Below, piece by piece: positions 20,993-36,900 of a stretch of 64,000 bases of DNA; position 1 is the first letter of the stretch; the number at the start of each line of letters is the position of its first letter. Below the pieces are notes generated by a model. The model was not told the DNA's origin, did not search any database, and saw only the letters and a program-made list of their open reading frames with translations. Where the stretch lies: the NCBI RefSeq assembly GCF_009914755.1, contig NC_060933.1. One strand, given 5' to 3'. A program made the translations under genes and the position numbers. This DNA is from the human T2T-CHM13v2.0 reference genome, Homo sapiens.

Positions 20993-21257
20993 GTAAGACT
21001 GAATATTCTGGGAGATTTTTAGTCAGATTTTGCAAAGTTAAACCTTGGGAACCATGGAGAACTGTGTTTTTTTTTTTTCCTGAAAAATAAATGATAAGGC
21101 CAATTTGTTATTATTGCTAATAGCAGTAAAAGTCAATGACAATAGCTGTTACTAACTTATAATTCCATTTGCTTTCCTTTGGGTGATTTGTAAAATTAAT
21201 AAATTGCTGAAAGAGATTGTAATAGTTTTTATAGTAAATTCTGCCCCCTCCATGAAA

Positions 21258-21498
<241 letters not shown>

Positions 21499-21571
21499 TG
21501 ATAATTCTACTTCTAACTCCTAATGCTTACTCAAGACAAACATGCTTGCAATTGTTTACAAGTGGTTTTCA

Positions 21572-21887
<316 letters not shown>

Positions 21888-21890
<3 letters not shown>

Positions 21891-22021
21891 ATGATGGAAA
21901 CTTTGAATAAAAAATAGCTTCACAAAGAGGATTAGAGATGCACTAAATGAAGTAGTTTGGAATTGTTCTTTAGTTCTTTTTTCTTAATGGGACCTGACCC
22001 TGGACTTTAATCTCTGATCTG
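21888..22021 (-). repeat. Inverted copy of 24949-25083
   Basis: Reverse complement matches 24949-25083 except for one 1-bp indel. Confidence 0.95.
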
Positions 22022-22696
22022 CACAGACAAAACCAATTCACTGAAACCATGGCATGGCAGTGAAGAGTTTAATTGACACAGGGCCAGCCAGCCATGCCAC
22101 AGAGGATTCAAAGTTATTATTCAAATCTCCCCAAAAATTTGGAGGCTAGGGTTTTTCAAGGTTAGTTTGATGGGCAAAGGGCTTAGGGGAATAGGTGCTG
22201 CTGATTGGTTGGGAATAAAATCACAGGCATGTGAAAAATGGTCCTCGTGTATGCACTGAGTCTATTTCTGGGTGGGAGCCACAGAGTAGTCACTGGTCAT
22301 CAGAAATGCAAAAGCCTGAACAGACATCTCTGAAGGTCAATCTTAGCTTATACAATAGTGATGTTATTTACAGTAGTCACTGGGGAAGTTGCAAATCTTG
22401 TGACCTCCAGAATCATGGCTAGTAATCATTTTACTATGCCTACATCTTAGCAGAATTCAGGACCCTCTCAAACTCCTAACTTGGTGGTCTTTCATTATTT
22501 TTACCAAGGTGGTTTACTTTTGGTGAAGGGTTATTATCATTTAAACCATACCCTAAATTTCTCCCAAAGTTAGCTTGGCCCAAGCCCAGGAATGACCAAA
22601 GGCAATATGGAAGTTAAAAGCATGATGGGGGTTGGTTATGTCAGATCTCCTTCACTGTCATAATTTTCTCACTGTTATTTCTCACTGTCAGTTTCA
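22019..22696 (-). mobile_element. LTR8-family (LTR8B-like) solo LTR, left end truncated
   Basis: Clear similarity to the LTR at 107-812 (GAGTTTAATT, CTCCCAAAGTTAG, CATAATTTTCTCACTGTTA...GTTTCA); lacks the TGTAAC terminus. Confidence 0.75.
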
Positions 22697-23717
22697 AATA
22701 CAAGAATTGAGAGGTACCACCCCCTCAAAAATAAACTTTTGTGGAAAAACAAGGAATTGATACCCTAAGTGGAGAAATTCAAAAGCTCATCAGTTTTGCT
22801 ACTATTCTTCATTTACAGACTTTCCTTTGAAGATTGTTTTCTTTTCTTTATTCCTTGCTTTCTGCCTCCTCACAATTTTCTCTGCCTTTTCTTTCCACAC
22901 ATGAATATATGCCTCCAGACTATTTTAATTAAGAAAATAGCACAAATCCAAAAGTATGTCCTGTGGCTGCATACAAGTCAGAGACTTGAGAGTGAAGTGT
23001 CTAGGGCAAAGACCCGTATTTCCTCCTCTGCACTGTGCTTCTCCCGCTGAAGCATCCTTCTGTGCCACACTGGGGTCCTATACTGTTTCCAACAGTCTTA
23101 CTTATTGCTTCTCAAATTTGTCTTTTGAATACTTAATGCTCCTCTTTTGATTTCCACCCAGAAAATGTACCTCTCTGAGTTCAGAAAACTTCAGAATCCT
23201 CTATTTCCCAAAGTTTAGGGTGATTGAACTGAATCACACAGCTCGGTATTGTCTGAAACAGTTAAGAACTTCTAGCACAAGCATCGCACTTTCCTCAGCT
23301 CATATTTCACATTTTCTCCATTCTTCTCTGAAAGGATCCTGGACCTTCTACCAATCTTTGATTGGTTACTTCATAATTGATTTCTTAAGTAACCTAGATG
23401 TTTATCTCTTTCACATCATTGTTTAGCTTACAGTATCTACAGCCAGAAAGCACCTCTTTCCCTTTCCCATTTATAGAGAGAAAAGAATCCTGAGGCAAAC
23501 TTTCACTTAGGGATTGAAATAGCCAGAACTGAAAACAATGGAAGAGATTGAGAAACAGGAAATGTCACTCTTGGCCAGGGTTTCCCAGTGATTAAGGAAA
23601 TAGAGCTTACAACTAACTTCGGGGAAATAGGCATGAAATTCAATTGTGAAAAGTTAAGCTCCATCAGGGAATTAAATCATTACAGGGAAATACTGAAGAA
23701 GGGTCAGCATTGAGATA

Positions 23718-23975
23718 ATATATATATGCATATATATATATATACACATATATATTCTCCCTATATATATATTTTTTCTCCCTATACATATGTCCCCATA
23801 TATATATCCCCATATATATATCCCCATATATATATGTTCTCCATATATATATATGTTCTCCATATATATATATGTTCTCCATATATATATATGTTCTCCA
23901 TATATATATATGTTCTCCATATATATATATGTTCTCCATATATATATATGTTCTCCATATATATATATGTTCTCC

Positions 23976-24003
<28 letters not shown>
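23718..24003. repeat. AT-rich VNTR, 19-bp unit CATATATATATATGTTCTC (~8 copies) flanked by (TA)n
   Basis: Full units at 23842, 23861, 23880, 23899, 23918, 23937 and 23956, plus a shorter unit before them. Confidence 0.95.
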
Positions 24004-24006
<3 letters not shown>

Positions 24007-24948
24007 TACATCAGAAAATATATATGTCAGTAAATCTGATACCATAAGGGTTTTTCTGGAGATGTCAGTCAGACTGTGCCAAAATCAATGTATCTTTCAT
24101 TCAAGTTGAAATTTTGGCAAACATGGTGGAAATCAAGAGGTTCATTGGAATTCACCTTCTTTGTATCTCAGTTTGTAGCAGGAACATTTAGAAACATTAA
24201 GACCAAATATAAACTCCTGAAACAGCAGAAAGAAAGGGACCTTAATTCTATCAACAACAAAATGATTGGGTTGGGTTCAAGAACTTCAGGAAATCATGGT
24301 AGAACGTCTAATCTCTTCGGTTTCCTGTAGATTCTCTGGTGCTGATGTCTGCAAGCAAAAGTAACTTTTAAGGGGACACAACCTTAGTGGGCCTCAAAAA
24401 GTTCAGGCAAAGTTCAGTATGCAGGGAGTGGTAAGGGGGAGTGAGGAATTGGGGGCGCTTCCTCCCTATAGCGGACTCCTGGCACATGCTGCTCATGTTA
24501 TTATCGGTAGATTACAGTATACCTACGAAGGTATTTATTTTTGTTTTGTATTTTTTAAGTGAAGAGTGCAGTATAGCATAATAGTAAAGACACAAATTTT
24601 TAGAGGCAGTCAGGCCTCCAGTCCATCATCCATCATTGACCAGCTGTGTAATTTTGGATCTTACTTAACTTTCCTGAGCCTGAATTTTTTTCTCTTGTGT
24701 AAAATGTGAAACAAACAAGCAACAAAATCCCACTCAAGACAGGTGTTGTGATGGGTAAAACAAGTTAGAAGCAGTCATCAAAGGTAATTTATTAATCACT
24801 GACCATTTACTAAAAGTGAGACATTTATCTTCCACATTATCCCTCACAGCACCTCTGTGAGGTAAATATTATCTCCATTTATGAAATTGAGACAGTGGGA
24901 TTTGAAAAGATTTTAATACTAACCCAAAATCATAAAGTCAGTAAATTT

Positions 24949-25083
24949 CAGATCAGAGATTAAAGTCCAGGGTCAGGTCCCATTAAGAAAAAAGAACTAA
25001 AGAACAATTCCAAACTACTTCATTTAGTGCATCTCTAATCCTCTTTGTGAAGCTATTTTCTTATTCAAAGTTTCCATCATTTT
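24949..25083 (+). repeat. Donor copy of the inverted duplication (contiguous with a MIR remnant)
   Basis: CAGATCAGAGATTAAAGTCCAGGG...GTTTCCATCATTTT. Confidence 0.93.
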
Positions 25084-25804
25084 CAAATATGAAAATATTG
25101 ATGAAGTGACATTAAAACCTTCTGTCTATTTCCTTCAGGGCTACATTCACCTTTTGCCCTAGGGAAAGAGTTCCTGCCAGCCATTGTTCTCTTCTGTAAC
25201 TTTTTTTTGCCATTCCCATTGCTATTTCCAGAACTAAGAAGTTCACCCACAAACTTGGCTGAGCGCTTTACTTTTAATCAGCACCCAGTTTACATCTAAT
25301 TCCCCTCCACTTTGAACATTCCATAAATTAAATGATTGTCATAATTTTCCCTAGCCATATTAGTGCATCTGAGACCTTTTGCAATGGTAAGAATGTTTTG
25401 CTCATTATTTCCGACATAGTTCCTAGCAAAGATTCAATATTTCCTTAGAGTTTAACAGAACTTCATAGTTTTGTGTGTCTGCTGTGCTCAAATCTCAGCC
25501 ACTCTAACTTCTTAGCCTGCTGGCTTATTACTGGCAATTGTTTAAGAAATGCTATTTAAGCTGTTTGTAATTTCTTTTTAGGGGACTATATGCTTTTCTC
25601 CACTTGTTCTTTTCTTTGGAGAATTATTAGACCCAAACATGAACTTCCTCAAATCTGAATTTATTAGTTCCAAAGTTTTTCCTCCCTAAATTTTATTTTT
25701 CCATTATCTCTTATACATATATATTATTTGTCCACATTCTTTAGCAATCCTGTTTAACAATACTTGATCAGTAGTCAGCATAACTGCTTCATATTTGTAA
25801 ATTA

Positions 25805-26114
25805 TTGTTATTGTTATTATTATTATTATTTATTTTTGAGACAGAGTCTGTCACCCAAGCTGGAGAGCAGTAGCTCGATCACAACTCACTGCAGCCTTGA
25901 CATCCGGGGCTCAGGCTATCCTCCCACCTCAGCCTCCTAAGTAGCTGAGACCACAGCCATGTGCTGCCTCACCTGGCTAATTTTTTTACATTTTGTAGAA
26001 ATGAGGTCTCACTATGTTGCCCAGGATGATCTCAAACTCCTGGGCTTAAGTAATCCTCCTGCCTCAGCCTCTCAAAGTGCTGGGATTACAGGTGTGAGCC
26101 ACTGTACCTGACCC
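25805..26114 (-). mobile_element. AluJ with (TTA)n tail
   Basis: Antisense Alu. Confidence 0.88.
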
Positions 26115-29100
26115 ATAATTGTTAAGTTTCCTTTAGTAATATTTCATTCTAAACTTTTGAACAAGTTTCAGGCACAGAAATAAGTACCAATATTCATTCT
26201 GATGTAATTTGGTGACTATCTCCAGCTTCCTGTTTTTTCCCCCATAAGAAAAAAGGTCCATATTACCTGCACGTATGGTGGCATTATTTTTTCTTCACTG
26301 ACTTATTCAAGAGCCATATGGTTTGTGGAAACTTAATCACAATTGTCAGTATGTGGTGGTCATTTAATATAAAAAATTAGATGCTATTAACTCAAAGGAG
26401 TATAAGCTGTTTTACAAAAAATGTTTGGAGGATACCGTGCCTAGGACCTGACAGGTAATGCTTACATCTGGCTGTCCAATTATTACTACTTTCCATTATG
26501 TCAAGTGGAAGAATTTCTGCTCAGTGCTATAAGGCCCATGAAAGCAGATTCAACATTTAGAAGCATTAAGGTCATTTGCACTGTGATGTGACAGAAAAAA
26601 ATATTTTTAAGTCTTTATATTTCTTAATTCATAAAAGTATAAAACTTAGAAGTCTATTATTTTGTCAGCATCCAATTTTTTTCTAGGCATTTATGGCAAA
26701 AGCTGGTAAAAGAGCATCTGGGTTTAGACCCGTTGGTTCTCCTTACTATCTAGGTGGAACCATGCAGCAACTAGTAACCTCTAGAATGGCAGTTCGCTGT
26801 ACATATTTTATGAAAAGTGTCTTGGCAAAGGAAAGGCTACCAATTATATTTATTTCTCTGTGCATCAGTGGGTACACTCAAGAAGAAGTCATATCTGTCC
26901 AGAGTGGGAAAATAATTTAGCCTTATCTTTGGGGAGAAGAGAGGTGTTTAACAGAGTCTTTTCATTTTAGTAGCTTTCACACTAAGCCCAGCTACCAGGT
27001 AAGTAAGGCTGAGCCAACTAAGAATTCCACAGAGAAATAATGAAGTCAGCAATTTGGGGAATAGCTGGAGTAGCCCACAAAGGAGGCAAAGTGAAAAGCT
27101 TGTCATACCATGGTGGTCAAGCTTCCAGACCTTTGAGTTGCATTTTTAGATCACCGCACAAGGCAGTTCTGTTAAAACTTTATGGAAATGAAATATCCAG
27201 GGTGCAGATTGTGGCTTATTTTATTCAGATAAATGACCAGGAAGTTTCATATCTATGAGAAGAAAGCCTCTGTACTCTTCAGTTTTAAATGGCTTGTAAT
27301 AATCAAATTTAATTTCATCTAACAATGTTGTGTGTTAGCAGGCAGCCATTTGGTTGTACAATAAAATCTCATGCTTTCTACCCAGGTGATATTCAAAATA
27401 TTTAATAGCTGGCATGGCATTAGCAAAGAGAAATAAGAAAGGAACCAGCCTTGCAGCATACCAGCTAAATACCAGCATTGAGAGGGACTCTCATTTTGGC
27501 TTTTGACTATGCCAGCTAAGTTGAATGGTGTGGCAGTGAAAGTGTTGTGGAATATATTACATGCTTTACAAAACTTTTCATAACCTGTTCTATAATATCA
27601 GTTATTTCTGTCGCTATTCAATAAGCATATCTCAAACATGAGAAAAAAAGCCTGCAAAAGTTATGCTTTCTGTAACTTTAGTCTTGGCACAAGGAAAAAC
27701 TTTCACATATTTTTTGTTTTAGTCAAATTGTCACAATTTAGCACATGGAATCCCCTTTATACTAGCCAACTTGTTCTTTTAAAATATAACCACAGAATTT
27801 TAAATAATGCATTCCTGCTTTCAGGCAGCAATTTCTTTTTAATTTTGAAAGTGTTGATGTTGTATTAACTGATTTTTTTTTTACTTGGTAGCTACATTTG
27901 TTCCTGGAGAATAGGGAACAGTTGACTTTATGAGTAGAATGTTAACTGAAGATTGATTTTCTTTCTTTCAAGCTTTTTAATTCAGAAATATATCATACAC
28001 ATAAACTAATATGTGGAACGCATATGTAAGTGTAAGTTCTGGAGAAAAATAATAAAACAAATACCTGTGTATTTATCATCCAGTTTAAAAAATAGAATAT
28101 TCCTTATACCTTTGAAGGCTCCTCTGTGTCACTACCTAATTGCATCTCCTTTGGTTTCCCCCAGAGGTAACAACCAAGAATTTGTGTTTATTTTTCCTTC
28201 CTTTACTTTAGAATTTTATGAAGTTTGATTTTCAAAGTCTTGGCAATTCATTTCATTTTGTCACTATTTGTCCCACAATGACTTAAGGCATGATTTACAT
28301 GTATATGATATTCATAATCATTTTATAGACAAATTTATAAACACAAAAATTTTTTGTAAATGAACGTAACTGATGTTTTACTGTTTTGCAAAAATAGAAT
28401 AGTAATAACAGTACTATTACTGGTAATCTGCACTTTTTTTTTTAAAAGAGTACCTCAAAGAGTTACTTATAAGTTTTTAAAATCTTGTTCTGATACAAAA
28501 GATTTTCAGTTTATTTTTTCTATTTTTTGATATATCATGTTTTTCTATCATATATAATATTATTTTCTTGATTTTTAGCACAGGAATTTACATATCCATG
28601 TTATACTAAAATTTTCTTTAAAACATAACATTATTTAAACATTAAAATGTTTTAAACAATTCAACCATAAAGATATTATTAAGGCAATGTCCAGAATACA
28701 TTAGTTGTTTGCCATTTCTTTAAAGGATTTAGAAAAAGTCAATGCAGATTATACTTACATGAAAAATAAAGATAATTTATATCACTTGATATACTTTTAG
28801 CTGCAACTGGGGAACACAGAACTGAACAAGGCTTAAAACTTAAGGACACTTTTTGCTCGCTTAATCAGAAGTTTCGTCGGGCAGTTTCAGAGTTGGTGTC
28901 AAAAATCAAGGATATCATCAAGGACTCAGGGTCTTCCCACCCTTCTACTCTACCATCCTCAGAGCATCTATGATCTCTCTTCATGGGAAAAAATGGTTAA
29001 CCCAGCTCTGAGCATCAGATACTCAGAGGAGCCAAAGGAGTAGAAGCCAAGAAGCGCTTACTCCTCACATGCCCCTTATTTCAAGGAGAAAAATGTTCCC

Positions 29101-30794
29101 AGAAGTCCTAGGCCAACCCCTTCTCTTGGTCCTAAATTTTAGAGACTAAAGTCCTTCTTTCCCTATTTATATAAGCACTTAATTCATCCTTTCAGAAACT
29201 CCTCTTGTTATTCCTTGCTATTTCCTAAAGCTGCCTTCAGATGAAGGCTCCCAGAACCAATTCCAGTAGCATCTAGTGGCATATCTATGTAGTGGGAATA
29301 GAACTTAGGCACACTTTCACTGGCTCTAACTATATAACTGTAAAATCTGGAATTAATATCTTATTAATGTTTTATGTGTTTGAGAAATGTGCCATACCCA
29401 AATTAGCCTGCTTTTCTACAAAGGAACTAATTTAAAGATATATATTGCATCCTGTTTTGAAGATGGGTATCAAAATCCAAAGCTTTGCCATCTGAAAATC
29501 TCATGCTTCTCTTTCAAAACAAACAGCAAATCAGCTGATAGGATTTAGAGTACTGCCCAAAGAACTATTCTTGTTAGCATTTGTAATTAAGTCATGCAAA
29601 CCACTTTAGGCTTTAGAATCTGGGTACTATTCCCAGAATCAAAAGTGACTTAATAGGCAAGTTCTCACCCTTGGTTAAGCAATCTGTTTGATTGTATTGT
29701 TGCCAATTTCAAATGCTCTCCTACTTTTTGGCATGTATTTGTGGTGAATTATGAATAGAAATAATTTTTCATGCATACATGCACATACATGCAATAGTAT
29801 CTTTTCATGAACAAACAGGGTGATACATTTTGATATATCGGCATTACCTACCCTTGCAAACTGTTTTCCTTTGTGGATCTAAGGTATGAACTTTTCAGAA
29901 AACAATCCAAGCCAGGTCCAAAGCAGTGAACTCAGGCAGAATAGATTTTTTTTTTTTACAGTTTTGTGAATTTATTTGATCTACTGACTCAGGTATATAT
30001 AATACATGCTGTGGCTTGGCACCTGCCTTTCCCCTGTGTATTTCTCAGCAAAGCCTTTGTATATGCTGAGATTTGCACCCACCTCTTGTCACCCTCACCA
30101 CCTTCTACAGAATGCTGTGCCAGAACTGATTTCCATGACTGAGATTTAATCACATTTTCTAAAACTTTCTCACACTACCCTCACACTGTGTTATAAGCTA
30201 GAAGGAAACAAATCAAGACTGCATCCTCTTACCCCCATCCAAAAAATGTGAGCAGTTTCATTGGTTCCTGGTGATGGGATATTGCCCTGTGTAACAATTA
30301 TTCAAACAATTATTAAATTCTATACATGAAACATAAGGAATCACCAAAAAGTTCCATGATAAACTGAAACTCTACTTTTCTTCACATTTTATTTTTCTTT
30401 GTTGTTGCTGAATAAAGAAATGGCAGCAGGATAGAGGGAAGAGCAGTCACAACTATTGCTCTGTGAGTTGAGAGACCTGAGTTCTGGTCCTGGCTCCACC
30501 ACATACCCATTTACTAGCTGTGTGACCTTGGGGAAGACCCTCCGCCGGCTCTGAGTGGCACTTTCCTCATCTGTAAAATAAGGAGTTTTAGGCCACCTCT
30601 GCAGTTTTTAATAATGCTCAGTTGACTGCAAGAAGCATCTTGGTTCTGCAAATATCAAATGTTTATTTCACAAGTTCTAGGGCTACTCTAAGACTGTAAA
30701 CTTCCATCCATATTGGACGGGTGATTTTTTTCCTCCTCCAAATAGTTTTATTGTCCTCAATGACTGACATTACAATCTTCTCTTTTCTCTTTCC

Positions 30795-31374
<580 letters not shown>

Positions 31375-33228
31375 CCTTTCTTTCTTTCTATCTGCTTGAA
31401 ATTCATTGAAACTCTTGGATCTAAGGATTAGGATCTTTCAACAATTCTGGAATGTTGTCAGCCATTATTTCTTTAAATGTTGTTCCATCTCTGTTCTAGC
31501 ATCTCCTTCTACCATTCCAAATAGTTATAAAACAGTCTCATTTTTCTTCCAAGTCTTTTACCCTCTTTTCATATTTTCCACCTCCAAGTATCTCTGGATT
31601 GTATTCTAAGGAATACTTCAGATATGTTCTCTAGGTCACTGACTCTTTTCACTTGTGTTTAATCTTCTGTTTAATTGAACCATTGAGTTTTAATTTCAGT
31701 AATATATCTTTTATGTCTAGATATTCTATTTGGATCTTTTTCAAATATACATGTTCACTGTTCATATTTTCAATCTTTTAGAATACTATCTAACAATATT
31801 AAAATCAGTTATTTCTGCTTGTTCTAATACACAAAGGCTTTGTGGCTTTCTGCTACCTGTTCCTTTTGTGGGTTCTCACCATGGTGTCTGGTATTCTCGT
31901 TTGCTTTGCAAATTTTGACTGCAGACTACTCATTTGTCCTGAAGACTTTTCTGTGGGAATGTTTGGTGGTTTGTGTAGCAGCTGAGTTCTTCAAGATAAG
32001 ACTTGTATTTGCCTTGGGGCACTGCCAACCTAAAACTACTTTATACTTAATTTTCTATTTCAGGCTTTTGGAAGCACACAAGTAGTTTGATTTCAGACTA
32101 CAAAGCCATGTAGGGGCTGACTTGTCCTGAGAAGGTAAATTCTTAGAGATATGTGTTTCCTTCCAGCAAGGGCTGGAGTTGAGACAGACAAGGTTTCTGG
32201 GTATTCCCTTCTGCCGAGTTTATTTATCTTGATCACCCTTCTATTGTGAATGTAGCCCTTTGAGAGTCCAGGTTTATGCAGCAGTTTACTGTTAGACTCT
32301 CCATCTTAGACATATCCTAAGCTTTATCTCCTGGTCCTGATTCTTTATGTAATTCTTCCTCTTTGTCTCTAGGATATAGTAGACAACTTTAGAAAAAAGC
32401 CAAGTTTGCTAGCCTCCCATTCATGCCCCCTCAATGTTGTTTGAAAAGATATTTAAAAATACATCTTGCAGCATTTTGGTTGTTTTTATCAGGAGGGCTG
32501 TTCATGGTAACTAACCCATTATTATGCTGGAAACAGCATATTTCATTAAATAACTTTATAATGAGTAAATATAAATGTAAACTTATGAAGCATATTTATA
32601 TTAATAAGTTAATGATTTTGTCTTCTGTTATCTATTAGGCTTCCATGCAATATTCTTTTTTCAGAAAAGGATTCTACTCTTTACAAAGTTTTGAAAACTT
32701 CTTCCAACCATTAAGTGTAATGCTTTCTCCTTATAATGCTACTAAATCTTCTCTAGCTTGACTACCACTGATGGTATATGAACTGAGCCTCAGTCTATCA
32801 CCCTCCTTACAAGGTCAAATAATTCAGGTGGAATGGGCCTAATGACATATTTTCAAACTTTTAATTTTGTTTTCTTACCAGTAAAACCTCTTCTACCTAG
32901 AAAACTTTCTAGGTAGGGGTTTTCTGCTCTGGATGCAGGGGCTAGGGAGGAAGATCTGGAATGCAACGGATTTGGATTCCTCCACCCCTTTCCTGAAGTA
33001 CCTCATGAACTCTGAAAATGTTCGCTTAGGGTTTCAGCTATGAGGCCTTGGGCATTTACTTGATCCCTCTGTACCTCAGTTTCCTCATATATAAAAGAGG
33101 GATAATAATAATGCTACCCTAACAAGATTGCTGTAATAATTGAATAAGTTAAATATGTGAAGCACTTAGTACAGTTCTTGGCACATAGTAAACACTATAT
33201 AAGGGCTAATTGTAAAAAATACAGGAGA

Positions 33229-33386
33229 GCTAGGCATGGTGGCTCATACCTCTAATCCAAGCACTTTGGGTGACCAAGGCAGGAGGATCACTTGAGGCCA
33301 GGAGTTCAAGGTTGCAATCAGCTGTGCACTTCAGTCCTGGTTACAGACCAAGACTCTGTCTCAAATAAAAAACAAAAACAAAAAAA
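33229..33386 (+). mobile_element. Short Alu (monomer-length or internally deleted)
   Basis: Alu start and 3' end with A tail in ~155 bp. Confidence 0.75.
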
Positions 33387-33543
33387 GGAGAATTTTTATT
33401 TAACTCTACATGCTTTTGCTAAGTATTTCATACTCCTTTGAATTTTTACAAGATTCAGAATTTTTACATTACTTGTCCAATTTTATGTAAAATGCATTTA
33501 AAAAGTAAAAGAAGAAAATGATCTCAACTTTAGAGTTAAACTA

Positions 33544-33920
<377 letters not shown>

Positions 33921-36900
33921 TCAGCTTTCAGATATTTGGGTACTAAAGAAAAAAACAAGTAAAAACAAAAAACCAAAAAATGCTGCAGACTCTGTGGACT
34001 TTTCTTTTCACTGTAATTTTGTCCTGCTGTAAGGTTAGTAGAAAGGAGAAGAGGAGATCACAAGGCTGAGGCAGAATTTGTGTGTTTTCTGAGGATGGTA
34101 CCCTTTGTGTGAATAAGGGGCTAGTGCAGCTGCCAGTATAGAAGGGGCCCTGGGAGAAGGAAATAAATGAGCTAAATGAGGAACCTGTACAGGAGCACAG
34201 GAAAGAGTCAAGGAGGAAAATGCTGGCTTTCACATACCCTCCTTGTTTTGAAGACAAGGAAACTGAGACCTGGAGAGCTGTAGGGACTTGAGGGAAAGGA
34301 GAAAATCCTAGGTCTAAGCTTGGGAAGGGGATGCCAATCTACCTTTGCTTCTTCAAAGATTACTACAGACTTGATCCACTGGGGCCCTCAAAGTATGTGA
34401 GGCATGGGAGGGGGCCCAGGAGGGGAATAAAACAACTTGTACTGAATAATTTGAAATGTTCAGTCACACTAAAACTGCAGAGCCACAGGCCAGCTGGAAA
34501 GTCAGCTTTTAAAAATGCTTTACAAAGAGCACTGACCCAAGAACAAGAAGACGTGCGTTCTATTAGACTGAGGCATTTAAGACTGTCATTTCTGTAAGTC
34601 AAAATGGTGAAGTAGTGCCAGCTTCATAACAGCTCAACCAGGGAATCTACCTCCACTGCTCTGCAGATCTTTGGGATTTGGGTAGGGTCCCCACATCTGT
34701 CTAGTGGATGATGCCTGCCTTACTTAGTTTATAGGGTTTCTGTAAGCACTGATCCAAATTACACAACATTTACTGAGTGCCTGCTGTGGATAATTTCTGG
34801 GGAAATAAAGATGACTAAAGCACAACCCTTGTTCCCAAGGACCTAGCAGTGGAGGAGGTAGGAAAACAAACAGAGTTGGATCTATTATTATATATATAAT
34901 AGATAAGGAAGGGAGAGAGGAAACAATAAAGTCGGCTTGATTGTGGGTTGTCAGGGAGATCAAAACATTTGAATTGGCCTCCAATGGTTAAACAGAGTTT
35001 CCCAGACAAAGGGATGAGGTAGCACTAGCAAGAGGAATAGTTTGAGCAAAGCCATGAAGGTGTGCAAGTGCATGGTGAATTGAGGAATGGTAAACAGTCT
35101 AATTGGTCTAAATGTAGAGAGTATGGAGGGAGGGGTAAGTAAGGTTGGAAAAGTTGATGGGGCAGGTAGTGCCAATGTATAGAAATGACTGGATAAGACC
35201 ACATCCAGGAAAACCATGGCAAAGCACAGAAGTACTTTACAAGTGATAAGTACTGTTTACCTTAAAGACATAAAACAAAGCTTCCCTAAAATCTCACACT
35301 ATCCCTCCCTCTTCTCACGAGGGCTTTGGCTTGAGTCATAGATTGATCTACTAGGTATCTTTATAGAGTATTTCCTTTCCCTAGGAGAAGTGTTCTCCCC
35401 AGGGTCCAGGAAAGTGGCAGATGGAAACTTTCAGAGTGGTGGAGGGTAGGGGACAGGAAGTGATCCAGATTGGGTGAGGAAGGTGCTGTCTCATTATTCC
35501 CCAAACTTCTATCTTCCCTTTTTCCATATCATGTATTCTAATCTCCCTTAAGAAAGAAGTGAAACTGCTACACCCAAGGGAGTAGAGGATTGGTGTGTCA
35601 CACTCCCCTGTGCTCCCATCCCCCGCTTCTCCTCCACTTCTGCCCCTTTGCAAAATCTCCCAGAATGAAGTCATATTGTGTTGGCAAACTTAGTCATAAT
35701 CCCCATTTCCTCTCCTTATCAGCCAGGACCTGTCTTCTTCCACTGATTCCACTGGTATTGCTTCCAGTACCCAGCAATATGTTCATTCATCCCACTATAT
35801 CCTCATAGATCCTCTTCCCATTCAAGAGAAACCAAGCTTGACAAGGAGATGAATCAAATATAAGGTCCTGGGATTCAATTATGCCCCATTCTACCAATGT
35901 TCTCCATGAACTAAGAGAAAGAGCCAGATAGCCCTAATATCAGATTCTGGCTTTGCTACTTCTTACCTATGTGACGTTTTGCAAGAGCCACTATTTCTTC
36001 ACTTCTAAAAGGGAGACAATCATATCCAAACTCCAGAAACACAGTGACATTAGAGATAATATACATAGAGCATCAGTCTTACAGAAGACGCCAAACATTG
36101 CAGCTACTACTATCATCATTATCATCTTCACCACAACCACCATTATTAAGCATCTGAATTAATGCAGACTCCTGGCTGGTCTCATCCCTTCCCTCTTATT
36201 GCCCTCCATCTGTTTCTCACATGATAGTCACAGCACTAGTTTAAAAATAAAAATCAAATCACATCCCATGTTACTCAAAACCCTTCTTTGGCTTCTCAAT
36301 GCACTCTGAATGAAATCCAAGCTTCTTCCTTTGGCCTCCAGGGCCCAGCCCAACCAAGCTTCTGTCCCCTTCTCTCTACAGCCCCTTCACATTATGCTCT
36401 CCCCATTGCCCGCTCTGCTCCAGCCACACTAGCACTCTCTGTTCACTGAGCACTGCGGCTTCTGTCCATCTCAGGGCCTTTGCCCCTGAGGTTTTCTCTT
36501 CCCTGTGTCTCTTCCCTTTCATATGTTCCTCACGCCCTTTGGGTGCAGTTTAAATGTCACCTTCTCTGACTACACTACCTTAGTACCATTCTACTTTATC
36601 TTCTTTACCAGTCCAATTCTTTTTTATCACTGTTCATTAATAACATATTTGTACAACTATGTGAATAACTTCTATCTCCCCAATAGAAAGTAAACTCCAG
36701 GAGGGCAAGACAGTTTGCTTTGTTCAGTACTGTATCCCCAGCACCTAGCCCAGTACTAGAAGTAGTATTTTATTTATTAATGTTTTTAGGCAGCACTCCA
36801 TGCTGTAGTACAAGCAAATGCAAATCCAGCATCATTTGTGCCCTCAGGATCTCGAGGAGGTTAGGATTTCCTTACAATCATTCCCAGTTGTGTCTCTTTT

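Noticed and set aside
23664-24109. Overlapping Y/I-rich ORFs and a CRISPR-like periodicity
   Set aside because: Translation of a TA-rich VNTR; no unique spacers; eukaryotic DNA.
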